DNA of 64,000 nt from a virus, in IMG/VR virus record IMGVR_UViG_3300027985_000891, positions 1 to 64,000 of that record; one strand, 5' to 3'. Below, in pieces: positions 57,709 through 64,000 of this stretch (its first letter is position 1; every line of letters begins with the position of its first letter). The translations under genes were made by a program, and so were the position numbers. The notes beneath the pieces were generated by a model. It searched no databases. It was given only the letters and a program-made list of their open reading frames with translations, and was not told the DNA's origin.

Positions 57709-58335
57709 CTAACTAAAGGTTAAATAATGTACCCGGACTATACCTGTAATTGCTTCACTTAGTTTAATCTTGGTTCCTTCAATCACATAAGACATATATC
57801 CAGCAAGTGCATCGTCTTGATAATCTACTTCAAAACCGTTAACGGATACAAACAAAATTTGTCCTGGAGTAAGTGCTACACCAGGATCTACTTCTGTTAT
57901 GTTTAATCCTTCATCGACAAACTTATTAGAGTTGACTACAAGACCTTCCAGGCAGGGAAGAAGACTACAACAAGATAGACCTCTGACATCTACACAATAG
58001 TTCGGTGTCTGAAAGCAATCATTACAACTGTTCTCTACTTCTATATCAAACTTGATCAGAAAAGAACTATGGCAATCTTCTAATATCCGGAAAGTAAAAA
58101 GTCCTTCCACTGTAGTAAGAGGAAGGATTGACTCTAATGTCCAGGTATTATCCAGTATACTAAATACTCCTTTTGGTACATCGTATGAGTCCAATGCGAT
58201 CCCAGGGGGAAGGGTGATCGTCATTGTAATTTCGTCAGTTATCCTGTTTTTACAGGAGTTGTTGACAGTATTTAGTAGAATTTGAAAGGTATCACCTATT
58301 TGGTAAAACCCTATATTTTTTACTTCATTGATCAT
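57709..58335 (-). CDS. DUF11-like anchor plus small adaptor beta-domain
   Basis: 208 aa. Shared N-module ending GLSCC; C-terminal FVSVNG...YVIEGTKIKL...VRVHY. Confidence 0.65.
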   Translation of the reverse strand: MINEVKNIGFYQIGDTFQILLNTVNNSCKNRITDEITMTITLPPGIALDSYDVPKGVFSILDNTWTLESILPLTTVEGLFTFRILEDCHSSFLIKFDIEVENSCNDCFQTPNYCVDVRGLSCCSLLPCLEGLVVNSNKFVDEGLNITEVDPGVALTPGQILFVSVNGFEVDYQDDALAGYMSYVIEGTKIKLSEAITGIVRVHYLTFS

Positions 58336-58826
58336 CCGGCTCCCAGATCTGTGTCTCCCTGACAGCAGTCTGAGTCATCAAATCCTGCGGCCAGGTCTAC
58401 GGGTTTACAAACTCCTCCTGGTTGCAGTAAAAGATATGCCGTATTGTCACATGTATCCTCATCGATACAAGAGCTACTAATTACCCCTTTAACTTCAAAG
58501 TGATTTTCAGTAACGTCGACCAATGTGATATCATCTACTGTAAACTCAAAAGGCGATTCTAATATTTGATTAGCATTCATGTCACCAACATACCAGATCT
58601 TGGTTGTCGGGTTATATACACCTTTTATTACACTCACTGACGAACTACCAGCAATGGCAGGTCCGGTCAGAGATATACCATTAGGTATTGTAAATTGTAC
58701 TTGAACGTTGTAACACTTATAGTTACTCTCATTCTTTACTTCAACCACCCAAGTGCGAACATCACCATCCGCATATATTGCTTTTACAGTTGTATTAGCC
58801 GCCATTGATTGAAACGTTTGAAACAC
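58332..58826 (-). CDS. Stand-alone DUF11-like Ig domain protein (real start possibly 58805)
   Basis: WVVEVKN...VQVQFTIPNG...GVYNPTTKIWYVGDM...DNTA, typical DUF11-type pattern. Confidence 0.65.
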   Translation of the reverse strand: MFQTFQSMAANTTVKAIYADGDVRTWVVEVKNESNYKCYNVQVQFTIPNGISLTGPAIAGSSSVSVIKGVYNPTTKIWYVGDMNANQILESPFEFTVDDITLVDVTENHFEVKGVISSSCIDEDTCDNTAYLLLQPGGVCKPVDLAAGFDDSDCCQGDTDLGAG

Positions 58827-59349
58827 TTTCTACTCCTCCGATTGCCATATCGACATTGGCCTCAATACAGTCTCCTGTACAAGGATCACAATCATCACAG
58901 TCTGGACATTCCGGACAAGTACATAAATCTTTTACTCCTATTAGAACGATCATATATGCATCAAGCATGCCACAGCACGCCTTCAATACAACAGTTCCTA
59001 TTTTTCCTGCTTGGTCTGGTCCTCCTGTAATCCAGGTAAGAACTCCAGCAGTTGTTATAGAGGCAGATGCAATAGCACTACCTTCTATTTTTGCTAATTT
59101 CCATACTACAGTATCTTCTCCGCAAGCTGTAAAATCATGCTTGAATAGCTCCGTATCTGCTACATTAATAGTACCTGCATTTCCACAAGGTCCTACGCCA
59201 TTCATAGGATTGATGACAATGTCACACAACTTTAAGCAGTTCCCTGGTGATGGACACTTGGCAGGAGTGCTTGGAGGTACCATTATACCTATGCAGGTAC
59301 ACGGTTGATCGGGAGGACAAGGAAGACAGTCATTACAATTAGTAGCCAT
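58795..59349 (-). CDS. Cys-rich small structural protein
   Basis: 184 aa with CNDCLPC, CTCPECPDCDDCDPC flanking a beta-rich core; coupled to both neighbours. Confidence 0.6.
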   Translation of the reverse strand: MATNCNDCLPCPPDQPCTCIGIMVPPSTPAKCPSPGNCLKLCDIVINPMNGVGPCGNAGTINVADTELFKHDFTACGEDTVVWKLAKIEGSAIASASITTAGVLTWITGGPDQAGKIGTVVLKACCGMLDAYMIVLIGVKDLCTCPECPDCDDCDPCTGDCIEANVDMAIGGVESVSNVSINGG

Positions 59350-59798
59350 CAGTTAAGATATTTAATAAACTCTTTTATATCCTTTCCAGGACAATCGGTT
59401 GCTTTGAACTCGTAATGCCCTTTCACCGGCTTATAACCTACTATTACTCTTAGAAGACTCACCAGATATACCAGTGCATCCTTCTGCTTCTGATTTAATG
59501 TTTCTTTGTCATAGTTACCTTTTACACAGATACCTATGACTTTTGGATTTTGAGGTCCTACATTATAACTTACCGTATCAATGTAGTTGGTTTGAAAGAT
59601 CTCTCCTTCCTTGTTTATCACATAATGATATCCAATACCTGGCCATCCTTTACTTACATGATACTTGGCATATTGTTCAATAGTGCCTCCACCGCCTGAG
59701 TGATGAAGGGCGATATATTCTATCCTGCTGAGCATACGTTTATTGTATACCCGGGTAGGATGTTTTTCCAAATTTTCGGTAATGTTCTTAATCGTCAT
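59349..59798 (-). CDS. Endolysin, N-acetylmuramoyl-L-alanine amidase (Amidase_2/T7-lysozyme type)
   Basis: IALHHS, GWPGIGYHYVI, IGICVKGNY, GHYE...TDCPG zinc-ligand motifs. Confidence 0.92.
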   Translation of the reverse strand: MTIKNITENLEKHPTRVYNKRMLSRIEYIALHHSGGGGTIEQYAKYHVSKGWPGIGYHYVINKEGEIFQTNYIDTVSYNVGPQNPKVIGICVKGNYDKETLNQKQKDALVYLVSLLRVIVGYKPVKGHYEFKATDCPGKDIKEFIKYLN

Positions 59799-60087
59799 GA
59801 TCTATATCCATTACACTAAGCCCGTCACCTTCGTCTGATTGCTCATGCATATGACGTTTAGTTCGAGGATTAGTAAGAACGGCTACCAAAAAAAGAATCA
59901 CCTCTTTGCTTATGCTATCAACCAGCCATGGAAATTTCTCTGCCACTTCCGGTGAAGCTTCTGGTACTGCTGCTATACCAAACACAACAATCAGTATACC
60001 CAGATAAGCAATAGGTGAACTTATCTTTAGCTTGTCCAACAATGTGGCAAGCTTTCCCTTAAATAGATTTAATAGTCCAGTCAACAT
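59788..60087 (-). CDS. Putative holin next to the endolysin
   Basis: Two TM segments (IAYLGILIVVFGIAAV; VILFLVAVL). Start placed at ATG 60087 because the longer 60159 start overlaps the upstream gene. Confidence 0.55.
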   Translation of the reverse strand: MLTGLLNLFKGKLATLLDKLKISSPIAYLGILIVVFGIAAVPEASPEVAEKFPWLVDSISKEVILFLVAVLTNPRTKRHMHEQSDEGDGLSVMDIDHDD

Positions 60088-60106
60088 GATATACTTCAGT
60101 TTTCTT

Positions 60107-60598
60107 TTAGCAGTCACAATCACATTTGATTCTGTCCATTTTGTCCTGAGCAAGCTCAAGCAACTCCATGGCCTCCTGCAAATTATTTAGTTCTACAGCC
60201 GCTTTTGAAAGGTTCACAAATCGTTCAACTTCCTTTATCGCTTCGTATCTTCTTTCTGGTTCAGTGGCATAAGCTCGTCGAATGCAACATTCGATAGAGT
60301 AAAAAATTCCTATGGATTTCTTATATCGAACACCACATGATTCTGTTTGGAAGCACCATACGCCATCTTTTATAAGGCCTACTTCCTCTTCCGTAATTCT
60401 ATTTATATCAAAGACCTTTAACTCGAGTGTCACTCCTGTGCCGCCACCAGGAGGAATTACAGTTACGTAGTAACTTTCTGGAACAGTGTACCGATCTTCA
60501 GTCATCCAGTCTGAAAAATCTTGGTACACCATATTTTTCTTATCCAGGGCCTTGACTACGACATTGTAATTCCCCCTGATACAAGCACATCGTATCAT
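60107..60598 (-). CDS. Structural protein, possibly tail hub-like
   Basis: 163 aa with DGVWCF motif and helical C-terminal half; position after the auxiliary capsid gene as for crAss tail hub genes. Confidence 0.5.
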   Translation of the reverse strand: MIRCACIRGNYNVVVKALDKKNMVYQDFSDWMTEDRYTVPESYYVTVIPPGGGTGVTLELKVFDINRITEEEVGLIKDGVWCFQTESCGVRYKKSIGIFYSIECCIRRAYATEPERRYEAIKEVERFVNLSKAAVELNNLQEAMELLELAQDKMDRIKCDCDC

Positions 60599-60618
60599 AC
60601 ATTAACTAATCTTAGTTA

Positions 60619-60969
60619 TTATGCACTAGAACTAGGTGGTGGTCCACTAGAAGATGGTGCTGCTCCACTCGAAGAAGCTGCTCCAGAACTAGATGGAATA
60701 TTACTAGAACTAGCTGGTATATTCGAACTTGATGGTGCATTACTGGAACTGTTTGGAACAACACCTAACAATGCAGCGATCGCATCAAGCGATATTGTAA
60801 CGAGAGCCCCATTATTTCCGGGGCTCGCATACGTTATCGTTCCATTGCAGCAATCAAACTGGCAGCAGTCATCACCTGCAGGAGCATTGATGGATGTAAC
60901 GCCTACACGTTTTCCATTGACAATCTTCCAGGCCGCACCCTGTTCGAGATATATTTTAGTATTACTCAT
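60619..60969 (-). CDS. Small capsid-associated candidate protein with C-terminal PSSS mucin-like tail
   Basis: 116 aa directly after the auxiliary capsid gene. CC-x3-CC core, then VPNSSSNAPSSSNIPASSSNIPSSSGAASSSGAAPSSSGPPPSSSA. Confidence 0.7.
   Translation of the reverse strand: MSNTKIYLEQGAAWKIVNGKRVGVTSINAPAGDDCCQFDCCNGTITYASPGNNGALVTISLDAIAALLGVVPNSSSNAPSSSNIPASSSNIPSSSGAASSSGAAPSSSGPPPSSSA
60622..60760 (-). repeat. P/A-x-S-S-S coding repeat, tract 4 (extreme C-terminus)
   Basis: Seven SSS triplets spaced 6-7 aa apart. Confidence 0.85.
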
Positions 60970-61000
60970 CTCTTAAAAGTTTATGAGCCTGTCAGCCCAA

Positions 61001-62716
61001 TTAAAGAATACGACCACCTCCTGCATTTGGATACTCAGCTTGACTAACTGTACCATCACCTGCCAACGTTTGTTCTACCTGATCCTGATCAGATGCACAA
61101 GTAATTGACCGTTTAATCGGACAACCAGTTGACAACAGATATGGATTCAGAATAGCTTCAAACTCCGTGCGAGTAACACTGTCTCCTGAAGGAATCAGAA
61201 TTACTGTTCTTCCTCGACTGGCATGCATGTTACCATGAATACCAATGTCATGTTTAGGAAGCGAATGCTCCAGAATGTAGCTACAGTAAGTTTCCTTACA
61301 TACAGACTTGGTACTGTAAGCTCGAGATCCTCCATTGTAAGAACCTACTCCTGATCGCAGTGGTAAACCGAATGCTCCATGAGGATCGTATCCCCAAGCA
61401 TTATGATTTCTTCCACTACCACCATTATCCGTAGTATATTCTCTCCACTTCCACTCATAACCCAGGTTCTCTGGCAATTGAGCAGCTTGTGTTTTCTTCA
61501 CATAGGTAGATCCGCAAGCGAATCCAGAGCTTGGAAGTACACTAATACTTCTACCCAAATATCCTCGAACAGTGTCAGGTGGGAAGTCACAATTACAGTC
61601 AATCTCTACTGGCTTGGCAATAAAGCGTAGACCTGCAACAGGAACATAAGCTCCATCTTCTGGTGCACTACAAGAAGGACAGTTATTAGGAAGTGTGATC
61701 GATGCAAATGGATCAGATTCTAAACAAGGAGTAATTTCTCCATCTTCATCATCGATCAACTGGAAGTCAGTCACACAGGTATTCACCTGTAAGTGATAAG
61801 AACAACATGGTCGACCGGTACCAGACAAAGCAGAAGTAAATACTGCTGTTCCAAACTTTCCAAGAGCAGCATTGATCTGATTTACAATGCTAGGAAGTTG
61901 CGCCTGAAGCGACAATGTACCATCAGCAGGATTCAGTGAGTTATCAAATGTAATTGCTACAGCACCATCCACAGGATGAGTAAAGGTCAATCCTTTGATA
62001 CCTTCAATATTCAAACAGGTATTACAAGAACCTGCCACTGGATCCAAACAGTAGTCAATAGAAGCTCGAGCATGTCCTCCCCACAAACGAACTGCGTAGA
62101 AAGGCAGATTGGGCTTTTTCTTGGCCAACTTGCTAAACACTGATTGATTCCGAGGATTAGTCAGATAACCGGTGTTGTTAATTTGATCCAGTAATGCACA
62201 TGTCAGCTTGTCGGCATCAATGGCATTATCACAAGCATCACACTCGCAACAGTCAGTAGTTACACTGAAGTTGTAAGCGGAAGGTCGATTATAAGGATAT
62301 TGATTTTGGGTAGTGTCATCCTCAACTGTCACTGTAACCCCAAAGGATTCATTGCAATGAACACACTTGTAGAACAAGTCTACGATGGGTTCTACTCCAC
62401 AACGAGGCGGTTCTGCCGTAGCAGCTTGAATATTGCAACCCCAAATAGAGTCCCCGTATGGTTTACGTAGAACATCTGCCAAACCATCACCATTAGTATC
62501 TTCACCGATGGCAATTACGATTCGATCAGCGTCAGTCAGAGCATCACCAGGACCCATTGATACGTTGGTAGTATGATCATAAATGACCATTTGGCCATCG
62601 AAGATCGTATTGAGGGTATACTGCCCATCCGAACCACAAACAAACACAGGCTTGTTTGCAGCGAACAAAGAGTAGTTTCCTCTTGCTACCAATACATTTT
62701 CACGTACCTTTCGCAT
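61001..62716 (-). CDS. Auxiliary capsid (decoration) protein-like, Cys-rich
   Basis: 571 aa, beta-rich. Position after the ring gene, and C-terminal Y..Y.LEH...TVILIP pattern as in crAss auxiliary capsid proteins. Confidence 0.6.
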   Translation of the reverse strand: MRKVRENVLVARGNYSLFAANKPVFVCGSDGQYTLNTIFDGQMVIYDHTTNVSMGPGDALTDADRIVIAIGEDTNGDGLADVLRKPYGDSIWGCNIQAATAEPPRCGVEPIVDLFYKCVHCNESFGVTVTVEDDTTQNQYPYNRPSAYNFSVTTDCCECDACDNAIDADKLTCALLDQINNTGYLTNPRNQSVFSKLAKKKPNLPFYAVRLWGGHARASIDYCLDPVAGSCNTCLNIEGIKGLTFTHPVDGAVAITFDNSLNPADGTLSLQAQLPSIVNQINAALGKFGTAVFTSALSGTGRPCCSYHLQVNTCVTDFQLIDDEDGEITPCLESDPFASITLPNNCPSCSAPEDGAYVPVAGLRFIAKPVEIDCNCDFPPDTVRGYLGRSISVLPSSGFACGSTYVKKTQAAQLPENLGYEWKWREYTTDNGGSGRNHNAWGYDPHGAFGLPLRSGVGSYNGGSRAYSTKSVCKETYCSYILEHSLPKHDIGIHGNMHASRGRTVILIPSGDSVTRTEFEAILNPYLLSTGCPIKRSITCASDQDQVEQTLAGDGTVSQAEYPNAGGGRIL

Positions 62717-62753
62717 GATTATATGTTTAAAAATGTTATTAAATCAACCTGCT

Positions 62754-63479
62754 TTACTGCATATATAACTTATCAGTAAAGAGAATTTCCTTGAGTTTCG
62801 CTTCAAAATCATTCATCAACCCCAAGTCTCTCAAGGCATAAACTACTGCCACATCTACAATCTTTCTCCACAGGAACGTACTATCAATTATAAAGTCCGA
62901 ATCCTGGCTTACCTGTTCGCCGGCAGCATTGGTATAAGACGAAGCTTGATCTAGTAACGAGGGTGCTGCAATATTATCCGGTTTAAACATGTAGTCCATA
63001 TAGAACTCCACGATTTCGTGTTCCGGTTTTTTATACACATAGTACCCGTCATTCCCCTCTTCTCCAAAGGTCTCTTCCCATTCAAAACTAGGCTCCCAAT
63101 AAGGATCTTTTAAAGACTCGTTGACATCATCTGTTTGAATAGTGAATACCCGAAGTCTTCTTTTCTTATCACAATCCTTGGTTTTAAATATGGCCCATTG
63201 CGTTAATGCTCTATAGTATTTGTCCGGAAACTTAAATACTACACATTCACTTGTGGACCTGACCACAGAGAGTTTCTGTTTCTTTTTCTCCAATAACCGT
63301 AAATGATTACGGATGGTAGTATTGATTTCTGATAAAGCGTAGAAGTTCTCCAGTACGACTTCTTTAGCATGATTGAAGTAAGAATCCCGGGCGGCAACCG
63401 ATATTTTCTTGTTGTACCCTGAATCTATTCTATTAATCTGCTTGATGAACTCATAATGGAACTGCGTCGCTTTAATCAT
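62754..63479 (-). CDS. Ring protein (crAss gene74-like)
   Basis: 241 aa. INRIDS...YFNHA, FPDKY, KDPYWEPSFEW, YMFKP, KIVDVAV motifs. Confidence 0.7.
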   Translation of the reverse strand: MIKATQFHYEFIKQINRIDSGYNKKISVAARDSYFNHAKEVVLENFYALSEINTTIRNHLRLLEKKKQKLSVVRSTSECVVFKFPDKYYRALTQWAIFKTKDCDKKRRLRVFTIQTDDVNESLKDPYWEPSFEWEETFGEEGNDGYYVYKKPEHEIVEFYMDYMFKPDNIAAPSLLDQASSYTNAAGEQVSQDSDFIIDSTFLWRKIVDVAVVYALRDLGLMNDFEAKLKEILFTDKLYMQ

Positions 63480-63999
63480 TTTCCAATGCTTTCTCTAATC
63501 GGATCATTACTTCCTGGTTCGCAGGATCGTTGAAATACTCATAAAGTTTACCATCAGTAGTCGCTATAGGTGTACCAAAGAGTAAGTAACCTTGCGTCTT
63601 ATGCTTTTTCAATTTTCCAGTCGCCTTTGCTTTCTGGATCTTATGTCGGATGTTTAGTTCTTCGGTGTCTGCCTGACACATTTCAATGAATGCTTTTTGC
63701 TTGGTCAGTTTGGTACCTCCCATCATTGTCTTGTTGTCCTGGCTGGCATCCCATAGAACTTCATCTATAATACCGCGTTCAACACTTTCATTCGAGATCA
63801 ATCCCAGGGCGAGGGCTATCTTCATCTTCTTAGCATCGTTTAAAGCTGCGTACAACTTCGTTGCTTCAACAGAGAGCGTTCTCGCCTCTTTCTTGATCTG
63901 AGTGTCAATGTTCTTATCAGTGATCACATACTTCACTCGTTGAGATAGAACCGGATTAATCTTCTCACCTCCATGTTGGAAGTGATGATCCGCATTCAT
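63472..63999 (-). CDS. Conserved post-capsid protein (crAss gene75-like), probably 5'-truncated
   Basis: Runs to the window edge. Helical, with C-terminal YFNDPANQE motif; position upstream of the ring gene. Confidence 0.55.
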   Translation of the reverse strand: MNADHHFQHGGEKINPVLSQRVKYVITDKNIDTQIKKEARTLSVEATKLYAALNDAKKMKIALALGLISNESVERGIIDEVLWDASQDNKTMMGGTKLTKQKAFIEMCQADTEELNIRHKIQKAKATGKLKKHKTQGYLLFGTPIATTDGKLYEYFNDPANQEVMIRLEKALEND

Positions 64000-64000
64000 T

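Larger units (their letters stand above)
2164..63809. repeat. Dispersed CCCWGGG motif, 23 copies found by eye, usually followed by a purine-rich tail when read as CCCAGGG
   Basis: Copies start at 2164, 3330, 4603, 7464, 8724, 11331, 14560, 18415, 18964, 20169, 22477, 24337, 30000, 31003, 36943, 40146, 40462, 45094, 49200, 52728, 57359, 58201 and 63803. Confidence 0.75.
1..64000. mobile_element. crAss-like (Crassvirales-type) phage genome segment: structural, lysis and virion RNA polymerase modules
   Basis: Giant RNAP with RIPTQ...GSDFDFDK motif. Gene order ring / auxiliary capsid ... ring / IHF-like / tail tube / tail stabilisation / cargo / RNAP matches crAss-like phages. No host housekeeping genes. 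Dense overlapping genes mostly lacking Shine-Dalgarno sites, as in Bacteroidota phages. Confidence 0.9.

Noticed and set aside
2726-63999. Many short + strand and alternate-frame ORFs in the track (e.g. 3075-3479, 28881-29465, 41917-42318, 58805-59308, 60521-60976)
   Set aside because: They are antisense shadows of long, motif-bearing, coupled minus-strand genes. The ELLELA-type repeats are just the reverse complement of the Ser tracts.
1-64000. Genome-wide stop-codon reassignment, known in some crAss-like phages
   Set aside because: Very long ORFs are intact in code 11, and both TAG and TGA end genes at tight gene junctions.
1-64000. CRISPR array, tRNA/rRNA, diversity-generating retroelement, invertase or transposase
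   Set aside because: No repeat-spacer array, cloverleaf, reverse transcriptase, template/variable repeat pair or recombinase was seen. All tandem repeats are in-frame and coding. A covariance search was not run.

Overview
The whole window is part of a crAss-like (Crassvirales-type) bacteriophage genome, most likely infecting a Bacteroidota host, in standard genetic code 11. Almost all genes are on the minus strand and are tightly coupled (TAATG/ATGA overlaps). Read in transcription order (64 kb down to 2.7 kb), they are: post-capsid genes (gene75-like, ring protein, auxiliary capsid protein); holin and amidase; an array of five proteins sharing one paralogous DUF11-like N-terminal module; a signal-peptide-bearing beta-helix tailspike; giant Cys-rich proteins; a six-gene glycosylation cassette; ring, IHF-like, tail tube and muzzle genes; and the ejected cargo block including a 3920-aa virion RNA polymerase. 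A 5'-truncated beta-repeat protein on the + strand converges on this block. Best candidates for new biology: (1) a virion O-glycosylation system, i.e. glycosyltransferases plus a nucleotide-sugar dehydrogenase next to three structural genes carrying the same P/A-x-S-S-S mucin-like repeat; (2) a dispersed, frame-independent CCCWGGG motif seen 23 times; (3) a modular DUF11-anchor receptor-binding array; (4) a Cys-rich virion coat. All family assignments come from motifs and gene order read by eye, not from database searches.
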